Assembly (NCBI RefSeq): GCF_001194135.2
Contig: NC_068984.1
Coordinates: forward strand, 84,952,781-84,995,352
Length of the DNA stretch: 42,572 nt
DNA from: Octopus bimaculoides
Lineage: Eukaryota
Direction: 5' to 3'
The notes below the pieces were generated by a model, which saw only the letters and a program-made list of their open reading frames with translations, had not been told where the DNA came from and did no database searches. Positions 22,649 to 34,579 of this stretch are shown here, one piece after another; position 1 is the first letter of the stretch, and each line of letters opens with the position of its first letter. A program made the position numbers and the translations under genes.

Positions 22649-22836
22649 TTGGCTGTTTCCGCCATATCGAAACATTTTTTGCTCTATTTAAGCGCCGTCA
22701 ACCTTAGTTGGTTTACTTATCGCTTATAGCAGTGAAATGCATAATTGCTTTCTGAACATATAAGGTGTAAATATATACATACAAATACATATATGGATGT
22801 ATATTATACATACAAACATACATACATGCATATATA

Positions 22837-23170
22837 TTCTTTTATTTGTTTCAGTCATTTTGACTGCAGCCATGCTGGAGCACCGCCTTTAGCCGAACAA
22901 ATCGACCCAAGGACTTATTCTTTGTAAGCCTAGTTCTTATTCTATCGGTCTCTTTTGCTTAACCGTTAAGTTACGGGGACGTAAACACACCAGTATCGGT
23001 TGTCAAGCGATGTTAGGGGACAAACAGATACAGACACACACACACACACACACATAGAGCCTTCGTCGGCCCGAGGCTATAGTAGAAGACACTTGCCCAA
23101 GGTGCTACACAGTAGGACTGAACCCGGAACCATGTGGTTTGTAAGTAAGCTACTTACCACACAGCCAGTC
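22837..23170 (-). mobile_element. SINE family A with short internal deletion
   Basis: Same family as 22121-22500; lacks the segment between the (CA)n tract and cggcccgaggctatag. Confidence 0.9.
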
Positions 23171-23196
23171 CGTATCTATCTATCTANNNNNNNNNN

Positions 23197-23235
<39 letters not shown>

Positions 23236-23278
23236 ATATATGATGCAAAAGAAGTATTTCCACAATTCTATATTCTGA

Positions 23279-23447
23279 GATGGGGAATATATATTATGTA
23301 CACTATTCACATTAGCCGGAACCGAGTTCGACTCAAGACACCTGAAGATGGCTGGAGCTAACAACGGCCGAAACGTAGTGAAATTAACAATCAAGATGAG
23401 GACTCTAGTTCAACTAATGTAAATAGTGTGCATAAGTATTTCCCCTC
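23279..23447 (+). mobile_element. Short Penelope-like-element-type repeat: hammerhead motif enclosed by inverted repeats
   Basis: Inverted repeat 23295-23315 / 23414-23434 (19/21) plus ggggaa/ttcccc outside, flanking the hammerhead core. Confidence 0.55.
23339..23380 (+). ncRNA. Minimal type-I hammerhead ribozyme motif
   Basis: CAC-CUGAAGA-U-GGCUG(10-nt loop)CGGCC-GAAA-CG-UA-GUG: all core nucleotides, 5-bp stem II, palindromic ACGU stem III, GUA cleavage triplet, 3-bp stem I. Confidence 0.7.
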
Positions 23448-23722
23448 TATATATTGAGTATTTAGCTTTAAACTTTGCTTATGTTTCTTAAACATTATAT
23501 ACAGCAGTAATATATATATATATACACTGTATATGTGTGAGTATACAAATATACACACACACACACATGCAGTGACATGCACACACTCACACACACACAC
23601 ACTCACACACACATACATACACATACACGATTGTTGCGCACACGATGAGTTCTTTCACTCCGAGGTTTGACTACTATTATCATTTCCACATACATACACT
23701 CACAAGTGCACGCACGCGCACG

Positions 23723-23799
<77 letters not shown>

Positions 23800-23929
23800 A
23801 CACACACACATATGCGCGTGCAAAGGCCCTCTCTCTCCCTCTCTCTCAATCCTCCAGCGCACATGTCAGACGTTGACTTCATCTCCACAGTGATTTTCCA
23901 GGCAAACGTTTCAGTGAGAGGAGGAGGGG

Positions 23930-24595
23930 GAGTAGTAGTAGTAGTAGTAGTAGTAGTAGAAGTAAGAGAAGGAAGTTATGAGGGACTCGACGTCAAGGTG
24001 GGCATAGCTGTGAAGAATCAAAGCCAAAAGTCAAATCATATAAAACAAACAACAGATTTATTATTAAGCATCCCCGGCAGAAATAACAATAATAATAATA
24101 ATAACAACAACAGCAGCAACAACAGTAGCAACATAGGTATCAACTGTTACAGTAGCAACAGCAGCACTAGCAGCAGCAGCATTTTCAGATACAAAATGGT
24201 GGCTGTTAACTAGTGATGTGCGAGGTGAGAACAGTCCGTGATAGCGGAGTGGTGGTTGTGATAGTATTGGAGAAGTAGCGGTGGTGGTGGTGGTGGTGGT
24301 GGTGGTGGTGATTGTGGTGTTGATTGTGGTGGTGGTGGTGGTGACGTTGGCGGTGGTATTTGTGGTGACAGTGGTGGTGGTGATGTTGTGGTGGTAGTGC
24401 TGGTGGTGGCAGCAGCGGTGGTGATAGTGATGGTAGTGGTAGTAATGCTGTCTCTCGTGGTGATGGCAGCAGTGGTGGTGGCGATAGTAGTGGTAGTAAT
24501 AATAGATTTGTCGCTTGTCGTGGTGGTAATATTGGTGGCACTAGTAGTACTGGTTGTGACGGTGGTGGTAGCAGTGGTGGTGATGGTGGCGGTGA

Positions 24596-24631
<36 letters not shown>

Positions 24632-25069
24632 TAGCTGTAATAGTAGTAGTTGTTGTGGTGGTAGTGACGATAGAGCCACCAGGGGAGGTTTGAACGTCTG
24701 CATGGAAAAATGCTGCGTCATCGCCAGCTGACATCTGTTTCTCCTTAAAGGCAACAGGTTATCATTGACTCCTCCCCACTTCCCGTCTCATCATCACCGG
24801 CACCGCTGAACCCGCTGGGCCCTGTTGTTGTCGTTCTCTCTGTCGCATTGCAATCATTATGCCTTCAACCGATGTTTTAACTTCAAGGCAATACGTCAAG
24901 GCCGCCATTATACTTTTCAACGTTTATCTTGTGTCAAGAACGTTACTGGAATACATCTTCCTCAATCTTAATCCCATATCTTTGCTGCACAGACAGAAGT
25001 TTCCAGTTGACAATTACAGTCATCATCATCATCATCATAATTATCATCATCACCACCACCACCACCACC

Positions 25070-25100
<31 letters not shown>

Positions 25101-25120
25101 TCATATCACATTGCTATTAT
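23930..25120. repeat. Mixed trinucleotide tracts (GTA, AAT/AAC/AGC, GGT, CAT/CAC/CAA) with unique spacers
   Basis: Direct. Confidence 0.85.
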
Positions 25121-26005
25121 NNNNNNNNNNNNNNNNNNNNNNNNNNNNNNNNNNNNNNNNNNNNNNNNNNNNNNNNNNNNNNNNNNNNNNNNNNNNNNNN
25201 NNNNNNNNNNNNNNNNNNNNNNNNNNNNNNNNNNNNNNNNNNNNNNNNNNNNNNNNNNNNNNNNNNNNNNNNNNNNNNNNNNNNNNNNNNNNNNNNNNNN
25301 NNNNNNNNNNNNNNNNNNNNNNNNNNNNNNNNNNNNNNNNNNNNNNNNNNNNNNNNNNNNNNNNNNNNNNNNNNNNNNNNNNNNNNNNNNNNNNNNNNNN
25401 NNNNNNNNNNNNNNNNNNNNNNNNNNNNNNNNNNNNNNNNNNNNNNNNNNNNNNNNNNNNNNNNNNNNNNNNNNNNNNNNNNNNNNNNNNNNNNNNNNNN
25501 NNNNNNNNNNNNNNNNNNNNNNNNNNNNNNNNNNNNNNNNNNNNNNNNNNNNNNNNNNNNNNNNNNNNNNNNNNNNNNNNNNNNNNNNNNNNNNNNNNNN
25601 NNNNNNNNNNNNNNNNNNNNNNNNNNNNNNNNNNNNNNNNNNNNNNNNNNNNNNNNNNNNNNNNNNNNNNNNNNNNNNNNNNNNNNNNNNNNNNNNNNNN
25701 NNNNNNNNNNNNNNNNNNNNNNNNNNNNNNNNNNNNNNNNNNNNNNNNNNNNNNNNNNNNNNNNNNNNNNNNNNNNNNNNNNNNNNNNNNNNNNNNNNNN
25801 NNNNNNNNNNNNNNNNNNNNNNNNNNNNNNNNNNNNNNNNNNNNNNNNNNNNNNNNNNNNNNNNNNNNNNNNNNNNNNNNNNNNNNNNNNNNNNNNNNNN
25901 NNNNNNNNNNNNNNNNNNNNNNNNNNNNNNNNNNNNNNNNNNNNNNNNNNNNNNNNNNNNNNNNNNNNNNNNNNNNNNNNNNNNNNNNNNNNNNNNNNNN
26001 NNNNN

Positions 26006-26322
26006 CTCTTGAAATTAACGTGCAAGTGGCTGAGCACTCCACAGATACGTGTACCCTTAACGTAGTTCTCGGGGATATTCAGCGTGACACAGTGTGACGA
26101 GGCTGACCCTTTGAATTACAGGCACAACAGAAACAGGAAGTAAGAGTGAGCGAAAGTTGTGGTGGAAGAGTACAGCAGGGTTCGCCACCATCCCCTGCTG
26201 GAGCCCCGTGGAGCTTTAGGTGTTTTCGCTCATTAAACACTCACAACGCCCGGTCTGGGAATCGAAACCGCGATCCTATGACCGCGAGTTCGCTGCCCTA
26301 ACCACTGGGCCATTGCGTCTCC
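26006..26322 (-). mobile_element. tRNA-derived SINE family D (young, tRNA-Arg-like head); 3' end in gap
   Basis: Minus strand: ggagacgcaatggcccagtgg (A box 26302-26312)...ggtttcgattccc (B box 26258-26269); no tRNA 3' acceptor; continues into a non-tRNA body. Confidence 0.85.
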
Positions 26323-27135
26323 ACGGTGCATGAGGACATTAGACACAAATCGTGTGTACTTAGAAGAGGCCAATCCATGTATGCGAAGACACAAGAAAGC
26401 CATTTGATTCGTGACAAGCGGTTACCTAACAAGGGGACATCGCTCATTAATATGGCATGCTTTGGTTCTTTTCTGAAAAAAAAAAATTCGACTAAGACAA
26501 AAAGTCTAACAGGTGAAATGACAGAGGGTTGTGTGTAGATCCTTCTGATGCCCTCAGAGTGATACGTGATACATATTAAGTTTCCAGCAACTGTGATAGT
26601 TTTAACAACGGTGAATAACGAAGATCATGTCATGCTATCTCGCATATTTCAACAGGGTCTTAGAATTAATGCTACTGGATATGTTGCAGTGCTGGAGGGA
26701 GTTGTTAAGCCCTGAATAGATGAAGTACGTAGTGGAAGGCCATATGTGTTTCAACAAGAGAGTAACCCAAGAATGGATGTCAGACAATCTTTACGATCAT
26801 GTAGCACCGAAATTGTGGCCTCCAAACTCGGGATTTAAATCCCATGCACTACTGCCTTCGGAATTTTGTTGGAAGGGAAACTAAACGACAACTTCAAAAT
26901 ACAGTCGCTTTATTGAAGGCCGCCATTATCCAGGTGATATCCGAAATGAATAAAGAACACTTCGTGCAGGTATGTCAATGATTCTGACCCCTCATTGAAG
27001 TAGTCAGCAAGTCTAAAGGCGAATTCAAAATCTTATAAGAAAGCTTAGCGAGAAAATGTGCACAAAATTTTATTAAAATACACTAGTGTTGTTTTATTAA
27101 ATTTTTCAAATATGTTCTCAAATCGTGTCACCTTC
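26323..27135 (+). mobile_element. maT/DD37D-like Tc1-mariner transposase pseudogene, 3' two-thirds
   Basis: VHEDIRHKS..., FFS(D)EK region, KFPATVIV, GRPYVFQQ, VTQEW, LWPPNS.DLNP.HY; stops and frameshifts present. The D-D spacing cannot be counted because of a deletion, so the family is inferred from motifs. Confidence 0.8.
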
Positions 27136-27190
27136 TATATATGCATACATACATGCATACATCCATATACACAAACAAGCATGCATGTAT

Positions 27191-27625
27191 GAACGCAGAT
27201 ATGGATGAGTGGTTAAACAAGTTTGCTTCGCAGTCATACAGTCCCGGGTTCTATCTCACTTCGTGGCTTCGTGAGCAAGTGTTTTCAACAGAATCAGGTT
27301 GTCCTGAGCGAAACTGGGCAAAATGAAACTATTTAGAAGTCATTCGGAATGTCTGTACTTGTAACTGCCTCACATTGTCTCAAACGTTTTTACACTGAAA
27401 AACTATAAAACAAGTTCGAACGAACACCTAGATGACGGTCGCTCAAAGTGTTAAAAATAGCAAAAAAAATTTCCTCCAAAGGAAATCCTACGTGGCTTAA
27501 ATACTAAAAGGAATTATTGGGTAATGTACTCCTAAATATAGCCATCAAAATAAGTGGTGGTCAGAATTGGAATGTTTTTGATTATATGTCTACTCGATAA
27601 GAGTAACCTAGGGCTAAAAAACAAC
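27191..27625 (+). mobile_element. Full-length SINE family B (A-like head plus B body and tail)
   Basis: Head gatatggatgagtggttaaacaagtttgcttcgcag...cccgggttc...gagcaagtgtttt; 3' end gtggtcagaattggaatgtttttgattat...ctcgataagagtaacctagggctaaaaaacaac. Confidence 0.65.
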
Positions 27626-28235
27626 GAGAAAGATATCGAAAGTACTGAGACGAGATTCGATCTAATCAATATATTCTTTCTTGTTCTCTTTCCTTCCGGC
27701 AATGTTTCTATTTTTCTAATTTCTACGTCTATCCTTCAAATATTCATTTATCCTTACTTTTATGCTTTCCTTCTTTCTTTCTTTTCTTGGTTTCCTCTTT
27801 TCATCATCCTCTTTCGTTCTCTCCACTCATCTCTCTCCATTTCTTTCTCACCCTCCTCCGTCTCCTTCTTTTACTCCTTCTTTTCTTCTCCTCTGCCTTT
27901 GTATACACACACGCGCGCGCACACATATGCTGATAGGTAACCTTACATACACACGCACACGTACAATATTCTATTTCTCTCTTACTCCCGCTCCTCTGTC
28001 CCGCTTACTCCTACTCCCACTCCCCTCTCACTCTAAATATTTGCAGTTCTTTTTTTTTATCTATTAGTATCACAATGTCGGTACCACATTACCGCTAGCC
28101 AGTCATGTTCTCCAGACGACACAGTAGAGACGAGATTGAGTTTTCAATGTGCCTTTACAAAGTCTAATTGTATTAATGTATATGTGAAGATAAGACTATA
28201 TAAATAAATATATGAGAATGTGTATATGTGTATAT

Positions 28236-28305
<70 letters not shown>

Positions 28306-28374
28306 NNNNNNNNNNATAAATGTTTGCATATGCTCTTTTTACTCTTTATCTCTCTCTCACTTTCTCTCTCTCTC

Positions 28375-28436
<62 letters not shown>

Positions 28437-30088
28437 TACATACACACACACATATATACATACATATATATATGCGTGTGTGTATGTATATATATATAAA
28501 TATACATATATACATACATACACATATGTACAAATACATACGCACATATACACACGCACACACTCACACACATACATACATATATATATATGTATATGTA
28601 TGTATATANNNNNNNNNNNNNNNNNNNNNNNNNNNNNNNNNNNNNNNNNNNNNNNNNNNNNNNNNNNNNNNNNNNNNNNNNNNNNNNNNNNNNNNNNNNN
28701 NNNNNNNNNNNNNNNNNNNNNNNNNNNNNNNNNNNTCTCCAACATACTGTTGGAGAAGCAGGTTACTGTCAATCCCTATATATTTATGATTATATATATA
28801 TATATATATATGCGAGCATATGCAAAGGCTGATAGAGACAGAGAGAGCGTAAAATAGTAATAGAGGGGTTGGCTGCAACCATGACAGAAATAATAGAATA
28901 GCTACATAATTAAAAAGTGCATTGCTTCAATTGAAAATTGGTTGCTCTGCAGCAAATCTGTATGCTGCTGTGTAACCTCAGGCCAGCTCTACTCGGACAT
29001 ATGCTTATGTTTCATCCAATCTTTTATTTTTTAATTTTTAAGTGTTAAATATCTTGGACTATATTAGCCTGTTTGTTTTACTATTGTTTTATTTATTTTT
29101 TTTTCAAATTTGTTAGGTTTTGGGTTAGTTAATTGCAATTCTAATCAGATCCAGAGACCATGTAGAAGTTAGTTCGTTGGCACTTTATTTTCTTTTGTAA
29201 TTGTTGATTACTATCTGACTGACAATGCTTCTGATTAAAGTGCCGTGGACAAAACTCCGGACCTTTCAGGCACTTTTATAACTATTTGCCGATTGAAAAT
29301 AATAAAAATGTATATATATACTATATAGTTATGTACAGACTTCTATCTTTCCTGCTTGTTCAACCAAACCTATATATATATATATATAAATGTATGTGTG
29401 TGTATACCAATGAAAAGACGATGAAACATTATTTAACACATCTTTAATTATAAGTTATAAATGTTTCCGTACCTTCCCCATTTGCAATGCCAGTTTACGC
29501 AAAAATTCTAAAAAAAAATCACGTAATATTTGTGGTTTTAGACAGTGGAGAGGCACTTCATCAGACTTGCATCAAAGGTGTGCTACATATGTACTGCCGG
29601 ATTGATGATGCTGTCCGGGTGTCGAAACCATAATGAAATCCGTTTAGCAGCTGATAATGGGAATGCATATATGCTACATTTTTTTGTGGATTCATGGTTT
29701 TTTTGAGATTACTTACAATGATATTGATTGTTTTTCTTAATAATCTTAGATAACGCTTAGACATTGGCATCTTGTATTGGGGAGATTTTGTGGCATATAT
29801 ATATGTATATATATATATATTCACCGATTTGAAACGAGAATTTTTAAATACAAACAAATGACCGTAACTTACAAAGCCTTTCTTATTTGTTTACAAATAT
29901 TATACACACACACACACACACATACACACAGAGTGATAAACAAAGGGAGAGAGAGAGAGAGAGAGAGAAAAATCTATAGAAAGATAGAGACATAGTATGC
30001 AAATGAGCGTGGATGTATTCGTCTGTGTCTGTATGCTTATATATACATACCTACATTTATATACATTTGTATACATTCATATACATAA

Positions 30089-30156
<68 letters not shown>

Positions 30157-30334
30157 CACAAACATTCACACACGCACACACACACATATATACATAAATG
30201 CATATACATATAGACACATAATAAAAATACAGAAGCTTCGAGAAGATGGGAAATAAATCATTTTACGATGAATTTTCTGTGTGTATACCTACCTACCTAC
30301 CTACATATCTACCTACCTATCTACCATCTTTATA

Positions 30335-30375
<41 letters not shown>

Positions 30376-30464
30376 GTCTATCTATCTATCTAAGTATATT
30401 GCGTGTGTGTGCGCGCGCGTTTGTGTGGCATAGAGAGAGAGAGAGTGAGAATGTGAGTGTGTGT

Positions 30465-30516
<52 letters not shown>

Positions 30517-30960
30517 GAGGGAGAGAGAGAGAGTGATGTTAACTATGAGATTAGATTATTCCTTTAACGTAACTCGTTTTTAGACACACAATGAATTACA
30601 TTTAGTGACTGATCAGATATTTTTGAAATCTTTATATTCAGAATTTGCAAGGAAGAATGTGGGACATCATGGCGTGTGTTGTGTGTGTTTAAGAGATTAG
30701 ACAAAACATTAATAATAGTCTAATGACGTAAGGATATCCATTAACAGTCAATATGTGTGTTTTCTATTGCTTTGTTTGTAACATATATAAACAAACGAAC
30801 AAACATTGATGCATTTATATGATTGCATTAATGCAAATTTGGGAAAGGAATAAATAAATAGGCAAGGACACGAATATAAAAAGTAAATAGATTATAGAGA
30901 CAAAATAAAATATAAACATGATGATGAACCATTATTATCGTGATAATAATCACGAAAATA

Positions 30961-31174
30961 ATGGTTTCTAAATCTGGCGCGGGCCAGTAATTTTTGAGGA
31001 AAAGGATAAGTCGATCTCATCAGTTCTAGCGCTCAACTGGTACTTATTTTATTGACCCTGATAGTTTGAAATGCAAAGTCAACCTCGGAGGAATTTGAAT
31101 CCAGAACTTAAAAACAGATCGTAAGTCGCAAAGGATTTTGTTCGGTGTGCTAACGATTCTGCTCGCTCGCTGTC
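30961..31174 (-). mobile_element. SINE family C
   Basis: caactggtacttattttattgaccc...aaagtcaacctcggaggaatttgaatccag...gtgctaacgattctgc aligns with 33631-33842. Confidence 0.85.
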
Positions 31175-31233
<59 letters not shown>

Positions 31234-31260
31234 ATAATAATAATAATAATAATAATAGTA
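31175..31260. repeat. (TAG)n(TAA)n microsatellite (target site of the R4/Dong element)
   Basis: Direct. Confidence 0.95.
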
Positions 31261-32500
31261 ATGGAATCATAAAATGACGAAAGAAAGAACTAATGAAAGG
31301 GAATCATAAAATGGCAAAAAGAAAGAACTGATTAGCATGGATACGAAGACAAGAAAAATGTTGACAGTACACGGAGCCTTCTATTCTAAGAGTAACACCG
31401 ATAGGCTGTACTTGTCCAGAGGAAAGGGTTGGAGAGGTTGAATCAGTTACTAGGATTGTATCGAAGCAGAGGAAAACAGCTTAGGGTGGTATGTAAAAAT
31501 ACCGTGGAACCATTGTTGAAACATGTGAAGAAGGCCAACGTCATTAAAACAGGTAACTGTGTATAGAAAGAAAAAAACTTAAAGAGGAAAAGAATACAAA
31601 GAAAAGAACAGCATGGAAGGTGAAAAAAATGTACGGACAGTTTGCAAGAGATACAAACGCCAAGACAGATATTGAAGACTGGTGGCTATGGATGAGGAGT
31701 ATTGACCTGAAGGTAGAAACAGAAACACTTATATTCGCTGCCCAAGAACAAGCGTTAACTATGTTAAATGCAGAATCGACAACACTACCGACAACGGTAA
31801 ATGCAGAATGTGTGGTGAGAAGTATGAAACAGCGTGGTACATCGGTAGCGAATGCCCGAAATTGGCGCAACGCTAATACAAAAGACGACATGACAATGTG
31901 ACAAGAATGATCCATTGTGTGCTCTGTGGAAATCACGTCCTACAAAGAGCAAGGACGTGGTATGAGAAAATACCAGAAGGAATCACTGAGAATGAAAATT
32001 GCAAAATCCTGTGGGATACAATGATTCAATGCGATCACCTGATCAGACACCGGATACCGGACATTGTTGTGGTGAAAAAAACCCAAAGAACATGCATGAT
32101 AATCGGCATAACATGTTCAAGTGACAATAGCATCAAAGAGAAAGAAGAAAAAAACTGAACAACTATGACAATTTGAAGTGAGAAATACGAAGGCTGTGGT
32201 CAATGAGGAGAGTAGACATGATACCAATAGTAATTGGCGCTCTTGAAAGTATCAAGCACTCAACTACCAGCATGGCTAAAAAAGATTGGTGCAAATGCAA
32301 AGGTAGAACACTCACAAAATCCAGCATTGCTTGGGACTGCAAGAATTTTTCGCAGGATTCTTGAAGCATGACCAGTAAAGAAGTGTCACCTTAGTCTGCT
32401 GGCCGTGGACAGCTGACACTTTCCCTCATACCCAGCAAAATAAGCTGTGAGTTTGCCTCAAATAACAACAACAGCAACAACAACAACAACAACAATAATA
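31261..32500 (+). mobile_element. 5'-truncated R4/Dong-clade non-LTR retrotransposon (CCHC plus RLE), with 3'UTR and (AAC/AAT)n tail
   Basis: MDTKTRKMLT.HGAF...DRLYLSR.KG.RG; KKMYGQF; LKVETETLIFAAQEQAL; CRMCGEKYETAWYIGSEC (31802-31855, H to Y); KILWD..IQCDH.I.HRIPDIVV (PD 32057-32062); KEEKK..Y..L; PIVIGAL; ALLGTARI; stop at 32369-32371. Confidence 0.92.
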
Positions 32501-32715
32501 TTAAGACTACTGCATGTAGTAAAGTAACACGAGAAAAAGAAAACGCTTTTCTCTAAACACAAGGAGACGATGAAATACAAAACTGAAGGAAGCTACACTG
32601 ACACACTGAACTCAGAGGACAACATAACAGAAATGGTCAAAAGCTCTGGACTAAAAGCCGAAACGGAAGCACTGATTCTCGTTGCACAAGACCAATGCCT
32701 GACTACAAACAATTA
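32501..32715 (+). mobile_element. Second, divergent R4/Dong-clade fragment in tandem
   Basis: KSSGLKAETEALILVAQDQCLTTNNY is homologous to LKVETETLIFAAQEQAL; it starts right after the first element's tail. Confidence 0.75.
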
Positions 32716-33630
32716 TATATAGAGAAAGAGAGAGAGAGAGAAAGAGAGAAAGAACGAATGTTGTGTTCATCGTCATCGTCATCGTCATTGTTGTTGTTAC
32801 TCTTATTTGATGTTGTTGCCAAACGTGTTGTTTACAATATCAATCCTTTTCGTTGAAATATATTTTTTTATGCTTTTGCTTTGCAAGCTAAATAAATGTC
32901 TGTCAGTGCTGTTGTCGTTGTTGTTGTTGTTTTCCGTTTTTTTTTATGAAATGTTCTGTGTAATATTATTGATTACGTTAGAGAGTCCATTATTTCTCGT
33001 CCACCCCATTCCTTCGTTTCTATTGTCTTCTAAGTTCCGTTATTATTTCCTTTGTGAAGTGTTGCATTTTATTCAATTGTTTACTTGGGGACGCGTTCAA
33101 GTATTATGTTATAAATAGCCATTTTTGCAAAATTGGCAAGACAGGAGGAAAAAGAAAAATATCGCAAAGGATATACTTTTTGAGATCTACCAAAATATGT
33201 GATAGACTCTACACTGTCGGGATGTCTTTTGTCTTGAAGAGCAGAAAACTCTTTCATTTACACCTGGTAAGAAGCCAAATCTTCAGAACGAGAAAACACA
33301 CATCTCATCACAACAACAACAACAACAACAACAACAAAAAAAGCAATTGACGACGATAATCCTCATTATCACTAATTAGCTACAACAGAGATGCGTCGCA
33401 CAACAAACAGTACGCCTGAACCTCCAGCAGTCGAGCGTCCAGCATTGACAAGACTAAAGAAGGTCGAAATCACGTAATCTGTTGGTCTCGGCGCTGGAAG
33501 TAGCGATATAAGCAAGCGATATAAACAGGAGTGCATTCTGCACTAAAAGCCGATATGACAGTTTCTCCCATAGTATCTACCGCAGTATAATTTGTTCCAA
33601 CAGAACATTCACGTTTAAGTGGGGATAAAT

Positions 33631-33842
33631 ATTATTTTCTACTCAAGGCACAAGGCCTGAAATTTTGGGGGAGGGAGCCAGTCGATTAGATCTACCCCAG
33701 TACGCAACTGGTATTTAATTTATCGACCCCGAAAGGATGAAAGGCAAAGTCGGATCCGGCGAAATTTGAACTCAGAACATAAAGACAGACGAAATACCGC
33801 TAAGCTTTTCGCCCGGCGTGCTAACGTTTCTGCCAGATCGTC
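33631..33842 (-). mobile_element. SINE family C
   Basis: ggcacaaggcctgaaattttgggggagg...atcgaccccgaaaggatgaaaggcaaagtc...gaaatttgaactcagaac...cccggcgtgctaacgtttctgccag. Confidence 0.9.
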
Positions 33843-34259
33843 TCAAAAATATAATAACTGCTCGGGTGTTGTACACCATCCAAACAGAAAACTCGTAGCT
33901 GTCGCCTTGCAGACTGGATGACGGATCAACCTCAACAGATAGGGGTTTCTGAAAGAGTTGCACCCTCTGTATATAAACTGTCAAGATAAACACAAAATCT
34001 CCACAACAATACCTTATATCCACCTCCAACACCTCCACCAGCACCGCCAGCACCACCTCCACCCTCCTCCGCCACCACCAACACGATCATCCTCACCACC
34101 AGCGCCGCCGCCGCTACTGCCACCACTATTACCACCACGATAACTCCCACCCCACCTCACCCCAACAAAAATAACAGCAATAGTAATGATGATTTTTATG
34201 TTTATATTGTTCATATGAATCCAGAGGCTGAAACAAAGTAAAAAATTAGACTTATGCAA

Positions 34260-34260
34260 G

Positions 34261-34308
<48 letters not shown>

Positions 34309-34372
34309 CCTATCTATCTATCGATCGATCGATCGATCGATCGATCGATCAATCGATAGATAGATAGGAAGA
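34260..34372. repeat. (TATC)n-(GATC)n-(GATA)n self-complementary compound repeat
   Basis: Direct. Confidence 0.9.
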
Positions 34373-34531
34373 TAGAGAGAACGATCGATCGATCCGTCTG
34401 TCTAAACGTCTGTCAAACCAACTAGTGACTATTCACTGTCTTTTGCTTTCTCTTCCTTCATCGTTCTCTCTCTCACTTTTTCTCTCTCTCACTTTTTCTC
34501 TCTCTCACTTTTTCTCTTTCTCTCTCTCACG

Positions 34532-34579
<48 letters not shown>

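Noticed and set aside
24210-24754. Thr/Ala/Pro-rich minus-strand ORFs resembling a mucin exon
   Set aside because: Open in several frames, drifts from Thr to Pro with triplet phase slips, lacks convincing splice sites, and is similar to other non-coding GGT arrays in the window.
26250-26322. tRNA gene
   Set aside because: A and B boxes are present, but there is no acceptor-stem closure and it continues into a SINE body; the same applies to family-A heads.
33175-33270. Candidate internal exon ending at ctg|gtaaga
   Set aside because: Weak acceptor and unrecognisable peptide.
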